Positions 48,968-58,705 are shown, numbered from the stretch's first letter. The stretch is DNA of 64,000 nt from an uncultured Phycisphaerales bacterium (GCA_963718665.1 OY970359.1:2496001-2560000), one strand, 5' to 3'. The notes: a model not told the origin generated them from the letters alone. Translations and numbers: made by a program.

Positions 48968-49495
48968 TTATCCCATCAATTTCCGCAATTTCTTTAATCC
49001 ACGGTGCACCTTTGATAATGTCGTCCCGATTGGTTCTCGCCTTGATTCCGCAATCTCCTTGAACGACATCTGTGAGTAAAATCTCATCATTATCAGTTCC
49101 CGCACGTCGTCGTCCAATTCCCCAAGCACCATTTGCAGCTTGTCGGCGTCGTCATTTTTTCCACCTATAACACCAGCCGATTGCGACATTATCCGTTTGC
49201 TGTGCTCATCCAGAAGTCGCGTCTGTCGCTGTTTGAACCGCAAATGGTCGCGGAAGATATTCGACGCCATTGTGAATACCCACCCGTCGAAGCTGCCGCC
49301 GCGGTAACTGCCTATCTTTTCCACTAACTTTGCAAATAGCTCGCTAAGCAATTCCTCGCTCAAATCCCTGTTGCCGGTCAAGCGGTAGAAATATCCGAAG
49401 CATCGCCTGCCATATATATCGACGAGTTGTGTGAAACATCCCTCGTTGCCTTTCTTACACCCTATAATTACCCGTTCAATATCACGCTGCGCCAT
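48968..49495 (-). CDS. ECF RNA polymerase sigma factor
   Basis: Sigma2 (FDGWVFTMASN) and sigma4 (MSFKEIAE...IGTTLSKVHRG). Confidence 0.92.
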   Translation of the reverse strand: MAQRDIERVIIGCKKGNEGCFTQLVDIYGRRCFGYFYRLTGNRDLSEELLSELFAKLVEKIGSYRGGSFDGWVFTMASNIFRDHLRFKQRQTRLLDEHSKRIMSQSAGVIGGKNDDADKLQMVLGELDDDVRELIMMRFYSQMSFKEIAESRREPIGTTLSKVHRGLKKLRKLMG

Positions 49496-49518
49496 AATTG
49501 GCCATTTTTCACTTATTT

Positions 49519-49547
49519 TAGACGCACCTGACCGCTTGTTTATTGCA
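49519..49547 (-). promoter_or_regulatory. Putative ECF-type autoregulatory promoter
   Basis: Minus strand tgcaat-N17-cgtcta upstream of the sigma start. Confidence 0.45.
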
Positions 49548-49582
49548 TTTACACGCAGAATCGCTATACTTATATCTTGACT

Positions 49583-49867
49583 ATGGCCATAACAGAAGTA
49601 AAACCTTCTTCAAAAAACACCTGGGCCGCCAAATTCAAGCGGACTGTAACCGCCTTTTTGCCTGTCTCGAAAAAACGCCGGGGCCAGTGTATCCGCTGTG
49701 GCGCCTGCTGCAAACTCCCCAATGTCTGCCCCTGGCTTCAATTTGACGCCCAGGGCAAAGCCATCTGCAAAATCTACCACCTGCGCCCTATGAACTGCCG
49801 AAAATACCCGAGAACCGGCTCCGAACACATTACCTCAACCTCCTGCGGTATTCACTTCGAGAAATAA
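49583..49867 (+). CDS. YkgJ-like CxxCxxCC cysteine-cluster protein
   Basis: CIRCGACC...CPWL...CKIYHLRPMNCRKYP. Confidence 0.82.
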   Translation: MAITEVKPSSKNTWAAKFKRTVTAFLPVSKKRRGQCIRCGACCKLPNVCPWLQFDAQGKAICKIYHLRPMNCRKYPRTGSEHITSTSCGIHFEK

Positions 49868-49903
49868 CAAGCTGTTTGAGAATTCTTGACCCCGGCATTT
49901 GGT

Positions 49904-49931
49904 TTAACAAAGTTTTTACATTAAACTAATC
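49904..49931 (+). promoter_or_regulatory. Pho-box-like direct repeats upstream of phoB
   Basis: ttaaca(49904), tttaca(49915), ctaatc(49926); 11-bp period. Confidence 0.6.
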
Positions 49932-49986
49932 ATTTGCTAATATAGACAGTGGATACTATTCAAAAAACATAGGGAAAGGGATACAA

Positions 49987-50670
49987 GTGGTCAGAGGAAG
50001 CATACTTGCTGTAGATGACGAAGAAGATGTGCTGGAACTGGTGCGGTATAACTTCAACAAAGAAGGATTCAAAGTTGAGACGGCCATTACCGGCGAAGAG
50101 GCGTTGAAAAAGGCAAAGGCCAACCCGCCCAGCGCTATACTGCTTGACCGTATGCTGCCGGGGATAGACGGCATCGAGGTTTGCAGGCAGCTTAAGGCCG
50201 ATTCGAAGACCAGCTCAATACCTATAATAATGCTTACCGCCAAAGGCGAGGAGTCCGATGTTGTCTCCGGACTGGAGGTCGGCGCGGATGATTATGTTAC
50301 AAAGCCGTTTAGCCCCAAGATTCTTATTGCCAGGGTGCGGCGAATTCTATACAGGGCAACAGCGGCAAAGCAGGAAAATACGCCCGTCAAGATTCACGAT
50401 TTGACCATAGACCCCGCCCGATACGAGGTGAAACTCAAAAACAAGCCGGTAGAATTAACTTTTACGGAGTTTATGATTCTTTATACGCTGGCGAAGAAAC
50501 CGGGATTAGTGCTGAGCAGATACAATATAGTTGACGCGATTCGCGGGAGCAATTATGTTGTTACCGACCGGGCCGTGGATGTCCAGATTGTTTCTTTAAG
50601 GCGCAAGCTCGGCCAGTTCGGAAAATACATTGAGACCGTAAGAGGCGTGGGCTATCGTTTCAAGGACTAA
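49987..50670 (+). CDS. phoB: OmpR/PhoB-family response regulator
   Basis: VDDE, LLDRMLP, GADDYVTKPF, IETVRGVGYRF; pst operon context. Confidence 0.88.
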   Translation: MVRGSILAVDDEEDVLELVRYNFNKEGFKVETAITGEEALKKAKANPPSAILLDRMLPGIDGIEVCRQLKADSKTSSIPIIMLTAKGEESDVVSGLEVGADDYVTKPFSPKILIARVRRILYRATAAKQENTPVKIHDLTIDPARYEVKLKNKPVELTFTEFMILYTLAKKPGLVLSRYNIVDAIRGSNYVVTDRAVDVQIVSLRRKLGQFGKYIETVRGVGYRFKD

Positions 50671-50673
50671 TTG

Positions 50674-52512
50674 ATGGCGAAAAGGCGGCTGCTTTGGCAG
50701 CTTTATCTTCCCTACCTGATAATTACTATTCTGGCGCTTGTTCTTTTAAGCTGGTATGCGTCTTATTCGTTCCGCTGGTTTTACTACGATGAGATTGCAC
50801 AAAATCTCGAATCGAGGACTCGGCTTGCAGGGCGGCAGATTTTGCCCGCTGTGAGTCAGAAAAGTTTCGACGAGGTTGACCAGTTGTGCAAATTGCTTGG
50901 TCAAACCGCCGGGATTCGGCTCACGATGATACTTCCTGACGGCCGGGTTGTCGGCGATTCGGACCAGCAGCCGGCCAAAATGGAAAATCACGCGGACCGT
51001 CCTGAGTTCAGGCAGGCGGTGAGCGGGCAGACCGGCAGGTCCGTGCGATTCAGCGACACCTTAGGCAAAAATATGATGTATATCGCTGTGCCTCTCAAAG
51101 AGCAGGAGCAGACAATAGCAGATTCGACCTCTTCGGCTGGTTCGACAAGCTCGCCGCTGGCGGTTGTTCGCGGGTCGCTTTCGGTAATCGCTGTTGACAA
51201 GGCGCTGAATGATATTTACGCAAAAATAATCTGGGGAATGGTGGGGGCGGCGGTTTGTGCGGCGGGCGTAACTTTAGTTGTATCCCGCAAGATAACCCGG
51301 CCCATCGAACAAATGAAAGACGCCGCGAAGCGGTTCGCCACGGGGCAGTTAGACCACAGGGTCCCCGTGCCTGATTCTGAAGAATTAGCTGAGCTTGCAG
51401 AAGCGCTTAACGAAACTGCTGACCGTCTCAAGCGAACAATCGAAACCATAACAAACCAGAAGAATCAGCTTGAAGCGATTTTAAGCAGTATGGCTGAAGG
51501 CGTGATAGCTGTGGATTCGGACGGACGAATCGTGAGTATCAATAAAAAGGCGGCACAGCTTCTTGAGATAGATGGCAATTCGGCCACAGGACGCATTATT
51601 GAGGAAACAATCAGAAATGTGGATATCCAGCGATTTATGCGATATACCCTGAATCTCTCTGCACCAACGGAAGAGGATATTACTCTGTCGGCAAAGCCGC
51701 CTGTTTTGCTACGGGCCAGAGGCACATACCTCACCGACCATCAGGGCAATAAAAGCGGGGCTGTTATTGTATTGAGCGATATGACGAGGATGCAGCGGCT
51801 GGAAAATATCAGGCGCGACTTTGTAGCCAATGTCTCTCACGAGCTTAGGACGCCGATTACTTCCATTAAAGGATTTGTTGAAACACTCTTAGACGGCGCC
51901 ATTAACGAACCCGAACAGGCACAGCGATTTCTCAAAATTATAGCGGGCCATACCGACCGGCTGATGGCGATTATAGAAGATTTGCTGAGCTTGTCCCGCC
52001 TCGAAGAAAACGGCCAAACGAGAATGATTGCGAGGGAGCATTTGAAGGTGAGGTCCGTTCTCGAATCGGCAGTTGAGCTTTCCGGTCCGAAGGCAGGCGA
52101 CAAGAAAATCAAAATCGAGATTGACTGCGATGATGATTTGGAGGCATTGATAAACCCTACTTTGCTTGAGCAGGCGGTTTTGAATCTCGTTGATAACGCC
52201 ATTAAATATAGTCCCGCTGAAAGCACGATTCAGATAAGCGCACACGCAGCGGATTCGACAAGCTCACCGCAGGCGGAAAATGAAGTGATTATCGCGGTGA
52301 AAGATTCGGGCTGCGGCATAGAAAAGAGCCATCTTTCACGCATATTCGAGCGGTTCTACGTTGTTGACAAGGCCCGCACGAGAAAACTCGGCGGGACGGG
52401 CCTTGGCCTTGCGATAGTCAAGCACATCACAAATCTTCACGGCGGCTCAGTTACCGTCGAAAGCACCCCCGGCCAAGGCAGCACCTTCACTATTCACCTG
52501 CCTGTTAGATAA
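50674..52512 (+). CDS. phoR: Phosphate sensor histidine kinase (HAMP-PAS-HisKA-HATPase)
   Basis: DFVANVSHELRTP, NLVDNAIKY, IFERFY, GTGLGLAIVKH. Confidence 0.9.
   Translation: MAKRRLLWQLYLPYLIITILALVLLSWYASYSFRWFYYDEIAQNLESRTRLAGRQILPAVSQKSFDEVDQLCKLLGQTAGIRLTMILPDGRVVGDSDQQPAKMENHADRPEFRQAVSGQTGRSVRFSDTLGKNMMYIAVPLKEQEQTIADSTSSAGSTSSPLAVVRGSLSVIAVDKALNDIYAKIIWGMVGAAVCAAGVTLVVSRKITRPIEQMKDAAKRFATGQLDHRVPVPDSEELAELAEALNETADRLKRTIETITNQKNQLEAILSSMAEGVIAVDSDGRIVSINKKAAQLLEIDGNSATGRIIEETIRNVDIQRFMRYTLNLSAPTEEDITLSAKPPVLLRARGTYLTDHQGNKSGAVIVLSDMTRMQRLENIRRDFVANVSHELRTPITSIKGFVETLLDGAINEPEQAQRFLKIIAGHTDRLMAIIEDLLSLSRLEENGQTRMIAREHLKVRSVLESAVELSGPKAGDKKIKIEIDCDDDLEALINPTLLEQAVLNLVDNAIKYSPAESTIQISAHAADSTSSPQAENEVIIAVKDSGCGIEKSHLSRIFERFYVVDKARTRKLGGTGLGLAIVKHITNLHGGSVTVESTPGQGSTFTIHLPVR
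51141..51163. repeat. Short REP-like element inside phoR (copy 1)
   Basis: ttcgacaagctcgccgctggcgg; 21/23 identical to 52254-52276. Confidence 0.7.
52254..52276. repeat. Short REP-like element inside phoR (copy 2)
   Basis: ttcgacaagctcaccgcaggcgg; core ttcgacaagctca also intergenic at 846-858. Confidence 0.7.
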
Positions 52513-52554
52513 ACATTTTCTCGATTTCCTCTTTTTCCAATAATACCCCTTTAA

Positions 52555-52582
52555 TTAACACAATTCTAACATCAATTTAACA
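52555..52582 (+). promoter_or_regulatory. Pho-box-like direct repeats upstream of the porin
   Basis: ttaaca(52555), ctaaca(52566), ttaaca(52577); 11-bp period. Confidence 0.7.
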
Positions 52583-52687
52583 GGCCTTTAGCGAAGCTCA
52601 AATAATATCCTAAATGGGTACGACGCCATCCGGGGTGGTCTCGGGTCAGCGTTCAAGTAAAAGAAGTGTTTTGTGGAGGTATGAGTA

Positions 52688-53971
52688 ATGAATAAATTAA
52701 GGATGATTTGTGGGTGTCTGCTGCTGGGTCTGGTTTTCGCCTGCAGCGCAAAGGCCGACGAAATCAGCGATATGAAAAAGCAGATAGCTGATTTGCAGGC
52801 CAGATTAGACCAGCTGGAAGCACAACAGAAGAAGGTCGTCGCCGAGGAGGTCAACAAGGCCATAGAGCAGAAACAGGTTTCAGCGTTGCCGGAAAACGCA
52901 AAATGGATTGAGAACATGAAAATCAGCGGTGATTTACGGTACCGCTACGAGGGGATTGATTCACAGACCAAAGGTAAATGGTCGAGCAAGGGCGAAAGCG
53001 ACAGCATAGAACGAAATCGGCTTCGCGCCAGGATTGGAATTTACGACAAAATCAACGATGAGGTTGACGTCGGTTTCCGGCTTGGCAGCGGGTCAAACGG
53101 CGACCCTACTTCTACAAACCAGACCGAAGGGGATGCTTTCAGCAAAAAACCGATTTGGCTGGACCAGGCATACTTTGACTGGCATCCGAAAGATATAACG
53201 GGTTTTGACTTCATAGGCGGCAAAATGGTTAATCCTTTCTACCGGGTCGGCACCAATGAGTTAATTTGGGATGTTGACCTGAATCCGGAAGGTCTTGCCG
53301 CCAAATACGAACTGCCGATTAACGATTCTCTAAAGGCATATATCAACGGCGGCGGATTCTGGGTTGGAAATCCCGATAATGTCGATACCTCAGCTGGAGC
53401 TTCTACATCGCTGTGGGGGATACAGAGTTATCTGAAGAATACTTTTGAGGACAAGAGTTACCTGCTGGGCGGCATGAGCCTTTACACATACGGGAATATC
53501 AAGGGAGAACCCAACGTTAGCTCGACGTGGGGCAAGAACAGTTTCTTCGGCAATACCTCAGTCAACGGGACTTACAAATATGGTTATGACATCGTTGAGG
53601 GATTCGCAGAATACGGCACTAAAATCGCGGATTTCCCGGTCGCAGTGTTTGGGGATGTTGCTCATAACACGGATGCACCCAGCGGCAAGAACAATGGCTG
53701 GCTCATCGGAACCATATTCAACAAGGCAAAAGACCCCGGCTCATGGCAAATCGGATATGATTATCGCGACATTGAGTCCGATGCAGTAGCAGGCCAGTTC
53801 AACTATTCTGATTTCGACGGCGGCGGCACAAACGCCAAGGGCCACCAATTTAACTTCGTTTATCAATTAGCGAAGAATTTCCAGACCTGCCTGACCTACT
53901 TAATCGATGAAAACAGAACCACGAACGATAAATACCGCCGGCTGCAGGCAGATTTGGTTTTCAAATTTTAA
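52688..53971 (+). CDS. Putative phosphate-related outer-membrane porin (Porin_5-like)
   Basis: Signal peptide, coiled coil, SGDLRYRYE, DPTSTNQT, LDQAY, C-terminal RLQADLVFKF beta-signal. Confidence 0.85.
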   Translation: MNKLRMICGCLLLGLVFACSAKADEISDMKKQIADLQARLDQLEAQQKKVVAEEVNKAIEQKQVSALPENAKWIENMKISGDLRYRYEGIDSQTKGKWSSKGESDSIERNRLRARIGIYDKINDEVDVGFRLGSGSNGDPTSTNQTEGDAFSKKPIWLDQAYFDWHPKDITGFDFIGGKMVNPFYRVGTNELIWDVDLNPEGLAAKYELPINDSLKAYINGGGFWVGNPDNVDTSAGASTSLWGIQSYLKNTFEDKSYLLGGMSLYTYGNIKGEPNVSSTWGKNSFFGNTSVNGTYKYGYDIVEGFAEYGTKIADFPVAVFGDVAHNTDAPSGKNNGWLIGTIFNKAKDPGSWQIGYDYRDIESDAVAGQFNYSDFDGGGTNAKGHQFNFVYQLAKNFQTCLTYLIDENRTTNDKYRRLQADLVFKF

Positions 53972-53983
53972 AGATGATTTGTT

Positions 53984-54022
53984 CTAACGAAAGATTGACC
54001 GATTATTAACATAATCCTAACA
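53984..54022 (+). promoter_or_regulatory. Pho-box-like direct repeats upstream of the small ORF
   Basis: ctaacg(53984), ttgacc(53995), ttaaca(54006), ctaaca(54017); 11-bp period. Confidence 0.65.
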
Positions 54023-54061
54023 ATGTTCGCGTAATTTAATCTTGAAAGGAGAAAAAGCGAA

Positions 54062-54145
54062 ATGAAGAGATTGGTGTGTAGTTTAGTTTTGCTGGCACTT
54101 GCAGCCACAGGTCTGGTGCGGGCGGACGTGGTATTTAAGTTTTAA
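54062..54145 (+). CDS. 27-aa small ORF MKRLVCSLVLLALAATGLVRADVVFKF (signal peptide plus porin-like C-terminus); small protein or internally deleted porin paralog
   Basis: RBS gaaaggag, ATG, signal-peptide pattern ending VRA, tail ADVVFKF versus porin ADLVFKF; too short for the ORF track. Confidence 0.7.
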   Translation: MKRLVCSLVLLALAATGLVRADVVFKF

Positions 54146-54162
54146 ATGGACCTTAATTGATT

Positions 54163-54179
54163 CTAACAGAAACCTAACT
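54163..54179 (+). promoter_or_regulatory. Pho-box-like repeats upstream of pstS
   Basis: ctaaca(54163), ctaact(54174); 11-bp period. Confidence 0.5.
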
Positions 54180-54212
54180 CTTTCAGTTTAGGTTGATATA
54201 AAAGGAAAGATT

Positions 54213-55220
54213 ATGAAAAAAATAATTGCACTATCATTAACGGTGGTATTGGCGATGGCGGCAACCTCACTGGCAGAAGTTACGCTTAACGGGGCTGGAG
54301 CGACCTTCCCTTATCCCGTGTATTCTGCATGGGCTAATGAGTATAGTAAGGTTACAGATGTAAAGCTGAACTACCAGTCTATCGGGTCGGGCGGCGGGAT
54401 TAAGCAGATAACTGAACGCACGGTAGATTTCGGAGCTTCCGATAAGCCGCTTACTCCTGAAGAACTGGCCAAGAACAAGCTGATTCAATTCCCGGCAGTC
54501 ATCGGCGGGGTCGTGCCTGTTGTCAATATCACAGGCATCAAGGCGGGAGATTTAAAACTCGATTCCAACACGCTCAGTAAAATTTATCTCGGTGAAATAA
54601 AAAGCTGGAACGACCAGAAAATCAAGGAATTGAACCCAATGCTTAATTTACCCAGCAACGAGATTACCGTAGTACACCGCTCAGACGGGTCTGGAACAAC
54701 CGCCATCTTTACAGATTATTTGTGCGACGTTTCTTCTGAATGGAAAGAGAAAGTCGGCACCGGCACCTCCGTGAGTTGGCCGGTGGGCATCGGCGGCAAA
54801 GGAAATGAAGGAGTGGCAAACTATGTTCAGCAGCAGAATAATTCCATCGGCTATGTGGAATTCGCGTACGCCACGCAAAACCATCTTGCCTACATACTGC
54901 TCAAAAACCGTGCAGGCACATTTGTAGAACCGAGCTTCGAGAGCTTTGAAGATGCAGCCGCAACCGCCGACTTCGATGCAAATAAGGATTTTTACCTCTG
55001 GCTTAACAATGCGCCGGGTAAAAAGTCGTGGCCTATCGCGGGCGCCACATTCATTCTTCTCGCCAAAGAGAAAAAAGAATCGAATGTGAAGGTTGTTAAG
55101 TTCTACGATTGGGCATTCAGGAATGGAGACGATAAGGCGAAAGAACTTATTTATGTCCCGCTTCCTGAATCGTTGAAAGACAAAGTACGCGGATATTGGA
55201 AGTCGAACGGCATTGAGTAA
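54213..55220 (+). CDS. pstS: Phosphate ABC transporter substrate-binding protein
   Basis: GAGATFP, YQSIGSGGG, DFGASD, HRSDGSGTT, GKGNEGV. Confidence 0.96.
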   Translation: MKKIIALSLTVVLAMAATSLAEVTLNGAGATFPYPVYSAWANEYSKVTDVKLNYQSIGSGGGIKQITERTVDFGASDKPLTPEELAKNKLIQFPAVIGGVVPVVNITGIKAGDLKLDSNTLSKIYLGEIKSWNDQKIKELNPMLNLPSNEITVVHRSDGSGTTAIFTDYLCDVSSEWKEKVGTGTSVSWPVGIGGKGNEGVANYVQQQNNSIGYVEFAYATQNHLAYILLKNRAGTFVEPSFESFEDAAATADFDANKDFYLWLNNAPGKKSWPIAGATFILLAKEKKESNVKVVKFYDWAFRNGDDKAKELIYVPLPESLKDKVRGYWKSNGIE

Positions 55221-55262
55221 AACAGCATCACCTGCTAAGAAAGAGAAAAAAAGAAGTGAAAA

Positions 55263-55302
55263 CAAACGGGTCAGGTATATGCCTTTATACCTGACCCGTT
55301 TG
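55263..55302. terminator. Perfect 17-bp hairpin between pstS and pstC
   Basis: caaacgggtcaggtata-tgcctt-tatacctgacccgtttg. Confidence 0.7.
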
Positions 55303-55350
55303 AGCGTTGTTAGAAATACCATAGTAGAGCATCGAAAGAAGGGTTATCCT

Positions 55351-56292
55351 TTGATACTATTTCCTAAAAAGAATTTTTCCGATCTGTTTTTTTCCTCTCT
55401 TACCGCTGTTGCGTCATTTACGATCATCATTTTCATTGTCGGAATTCTGACGGTACTTTTTAAGGAATCTTCTCTTGCGATGAAGAAGTTCGGTCTGTTC
55501 AATTTTCTGACATCGACCGCGTGGGACCCCGTCAAAGGCATTTTCGGAGCAGCCACCACCATTTATGGCACCTTTGTCACAACCGCCCTCGCCCTGCTCT
55601 TTGCCATACCAACCGCCATCGGCATAGCGATATTCGTCACTGAAATCGCCCCAAATTTTCTCAAAGGCCCTTTTGGCATCGCTATCGAACTGCTGGCCTC
55701 CATCCCAAGCATTATTTACGGCATGTGGGGACTTTTTACCCTTGCTCCCATCATGTCGAAATATGTCGAACCGGCGCTACAGGGAACCGTTGGGAAACTG
55801 CCCTTTGTCAGTATCCTGTTTCAAGGAACTCCTATGGGTATTGATCTGCTGACGGCAAGCGTCATCCTCGGCATTATGATAATTCCTTTTACGGCAAGCA
55901 TCGCTCGCGATTCATTCAACCTGACCCCACCAGTTGTCAAGGAATCGGCCTATGCAATGGGTGCAACGCAGTGGGAGGTGGTTAAGGATGTAATACTCCC
56001 CTACTCCAGACTGGGCGTGTTCGGAGGGGCAGCGCTGTCTTTAGGGCGAGCGTTGGGCGAAACTATGGCGGTTGCCTTTGTGCTCGGCAATAGTCACAAG
56101 ATTGCTACATCGCTCCTTGACGCAGCTTCTACCATCACTGTAACACTTGCGAATGAATTTACCGAAGCTGATAGCGACATCTATCTGTCATCTCTCTATT
56201 ATCTTGCGCTCGCATTATTCGTGATGAGCTTCATCATATTGGCGATATCGAAATATTTTCTTCTGAAAGCTGAGAGGAGATATCATCGATGA
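55351..56292 (+). CDS. pstC: Phosphate ABC transporter permease
   Basis: WDPV, ELLASIPSIIYG, ESAYAMGAT, GRALGETMAV; TTG start chosen downstream of the hairpin (uncertain). Confidence 0.93.
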   Translation: MILFPKKNFSDLFFSSLTAVASFTIIIFIVGILTVLFKESSLAMKKFGLFNFLTSTAWDPVKGIFGAATTIYGTFVTTALALLFAIPTAIGIAIFVTEIAPNFLKGPFGIAIELLASIPSIIYGMWGLFTLAPIMSKYVEPALQGTVGKLPFVSILFQGTPMGIDLLTASVILGIMIIPFTASIARDSFNLTPPVVKESAYAMGATQWEVVKDVILPYSRLGVFGGAALSLGRALGETMAVAFVLGNSHKIATSLLDAASTITVTLANEFTEADSDIYLSSLYYLALALFVMSFIILAISKYFLLKAERRYHR

Positions 56293-57131
56293 CATATGAG
56301 CAGAAACGTAAAGTTAATAACTTTATTGCCCTCGCTCTGAGCGGCTTTGCAGCGGCAATAGGACTGTTCTGGCTCATCTATATCTTGGCGGATGTCATAA
56401 TCCATGGAATAGGCGCATTGCGTCTTAGTCTATTCTTTAATGACCCTGCCCCTGCCGGGGTCGATGGAGGCGGACTGAGAAACGCTTTCATAGGCCAGTT
56501 GATGATAATCGGCATCGCCACTTTGATTGGCGTGCCGATAGGCATTCTCGGAGGCACATTCCTGGCAGAGTACGCACGAGGGAAAAAAATCGCCAGGTTT
56601 ATCAGCATTCTTGCGGATATCATGGTCAGTGTCCCATCAATTGTGGTAGGTGCGTTTATCTATGCAATTCTCGTACGACCGCTTCATCATTTCAGCGGCT
56701 GGGCGGGGGCCATCGCGCTTTCGGTCATTATGATTCCGGTGGTTCTCAGAACAACGGAAGATATGCTCTCGCTGGTACCGTGGACATTAAGGGAAGCGGC
56801 ATTTGCACTTGGAGCGCCTTATTATAAAGTAATCACACAGGTGGTATATCGCGGCGCATCCGCAGGAATCCTTACCGGTGTGCTGCTGTCTATAGCCCGG
56901 GTGGCAGGTGAAACCGCACCGCTGCTTTTTACGTCGTTCAACAACAACTTTTTCTCATGGAAGATGAACGGACCCGTCGCTTCGCTGACGGTTACCATCT
57001 TTCAATACGCAATGGGGCCGTATAAAAGCTGGCATACGCAGGCGTGGGGCGCAGCGTTCGTTATCACGTTGTTCATACTTATTCTGACAATAACAGGCAG
57101 AACGGTCATTTGGTGGAGGTATAAACATTGA
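56289..57131 (+). CDS. pstA: Phosphate ABC transporter permease
   Basis: [27 protein letters not shown]. Confidence 0.95.
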   Translation: MTYEQKRKVNNFIALALSGFAAAIGLFWLIYILADVIIHGIGALRLSLFFNDPAPAGVDGGGLRNAFIGQLMIIGIATLIGVPIGILGGTFLAEYARGKKIARFISILADIMVSVPSIVVGAFIYAILVRPLHHFSGWAGAIALSVIMIPVVLRTTEDMLSLVPWTLREAAFALGAPYYKVITQVVYRGASAGILTGVLLSIARVAGETAPLLFTSFNNNFFSWKMNGPVASLTVTIFQYAMGPYKSWHTQAWGAAFVITLFILILTITGRTVIWWRYKH

Positions 57132-57892
57132 TGGAAACTATTGAGATAGAGGTTAAAAAACTGGACTTTTATTATGGCGGGAAGATACATGCTCTGAAAG
57201 GAATATCACTGCCGATTAGTAAAAACAGCGTTACGGCGATCATCGGGCCGTCGGGATGCGGCAAAACGACGCTGCTTCGCTGTTTCAATCGAATGCACGA
57301 CCTCTATCCGTATCATCGATATGAAGGCCAGATCATCTTTCAGAATAAAAATATTCTGTCCGGCGACATAGACCTCATCAATCTCAGGAGCCGCATCGGC
57401 ATGGTGTTTCAGAAACCGACGCCATTTCCGATGTCAATAGCCGATAATATCGCTTATGGTCTAAGGCTCAAAGGCATAAAAAATAAATCGGAACTGTCTG
57501 GCCTTATCGAACAATCTCTTAAACATGCTGCGCTTTGGGAAGAAGTCAAGGATAAGTTGGACAAAAGCGCCTATGAACTTTCCGGCGGCCAGCAGCAGCG
57601 GCTTGTAATCGCGAGAGCATTGGCCGTTGAACCGGAAATCCTTCTCTTCGACGAAGCCTGTTCCGCCTTGGATCCGATTTCAACCGCAAAAATCGAAGAA
57701 TGCATAGTGAATCTAAAGAAAGACGTTACTATCATAGTCGTAACGCATAATATGCAGCAGGCGTCGCGTGTCTCCGATATGACCGGTTTTCTTTACATGG
57801 GCGAACTCATAGAATTCGGGACCACCGATAAAATATTCACCAGCCCCACCAACAAGCAGACTGAAGATTATGTTACCGGCAAATTCGGCTAA
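57131..57892 (+). CDS. pstB: Phosphate ABC transporter ATPase
   Basis: [39 protein letters not shown]. Confidence 0.96.
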   Translation: METIEIEVKKLDFYYGGKIHALKGISLPISKNSVTAIIGPSGCGKTTLLRCFNRMHDLYPYHRYEGQIIFQNKNILSGDIDLINLRSRIGMVFQKPTPFPMSIADNIAYGLRLKGIKNKSELSGLIEQSLKHAALWEEVKDKLDKSAYELSGGQQQRLVIARALAVEPEILLFDEACSALDPISTAKIEECIVNLKKDVTIIVVTHNMQQASRVSDMTGFLYMGELIEFGTTDKIFTSPTNKQTEDYVTGKFG

Positions 57893-57931
57893 AATGTATG
57901 AAAGCGATAAAGTGCAATTGTAACAGTCCAT

Positions 57932-58612
57932 ATGACGGAGAATGGTATGTCTGTGCATTTACAGCGAGAAATTGAGAATCTGAAAAAGAAACTGCTGACA
58001 CTAAGCGCTATTGTTGAGACGGCCGTGCGTGATGCGACGCTTTCGATTGAGAACCGCGATTACGAACTTGCCCAGAAGATAATTCAAAACGACCCCCGGA
58101 TTGACAGTATGGAGGTGGGGGTAGAGGAGGACTGCCTCAAGGTTCTCGCTCTGCATCAGCCGGTCGCAATTGATTTGCGTTTTATCGTTGCCGTGCTGAA
58201 AATGAATAACGACCTCGAACGCATCGGCGACCTGGCTGTAAATATCGCGGAGCGGTCGGCGTTTCTGTCTAAGCATCCTCCCGTTGGTTTTTCTCTGGGT
58301 CTGATTGAAATGGTTGATAAAGTACAGGATATGCTCAAGCACAGCTTAGATGCGCTTATCGGTCTCAGTTCCGGCCTGGCTCACGAGGTTTGCGCAAGCG
58401 ATGATGCCGTTGACGCCATGAACAGGCAGATGTATATCAAAATTCAGGACGCCATAAGAAGAAATCCCGAACAACTGGAGTCGCTTATTCACCTGTTGTC
58501 TGTGTCAAGACATCTGGAACGAATAGCCGACCACGCCACCAATATCGCCGAGGACGTCATCTATATGGTCGAGGGACAAATCGCCCGCCATCGCACCGAA
58601 GATTACAAATAA
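57932..58612 (+). CDS. phoU: Phosphate signalling protein PhoU
   Basis: QPVAIDLR, DLERIGD, LERIADHATNIAE. Confidence 0.96.
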   Translation: MTENGMSVHLQREIENLKKKLLTLSAIVETAVRDATLSIENRDYELAQKIIQNDPRIDSMEVGVEEDCLKVLALHQPVAIDLRFIVAVLKMNNDLERIGDLAVNIAERSAFLSKHPPVGFSLGLIEMVDKVQDMLKHSLDALIGLSSGLAHEVCASDDAVDAMNRQMYIKIQDAIRRNPEQLESLIHLLSVSRHLERIADHATNIAEDVIYMVEGQIARHRTEDYK

Positions 58613-58666
58613 TTGTTGGGATACTCTTTAATCCAGCCATCATATCGACGCCAACGCCCACAACAA

Positions 58667-58705
58667 CTAACTGATTTCTAACAAACACATAATCATATTC
58701 TGACA
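58667..58705 (+). promoter_or_regulatory. Pho-box-like repeats downstream of phoU
   Basis: ctaact(58667), ctaaca(58678), ataatc(58689), ctgaca(58700); 11-bp period. Confidence 0.55.
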
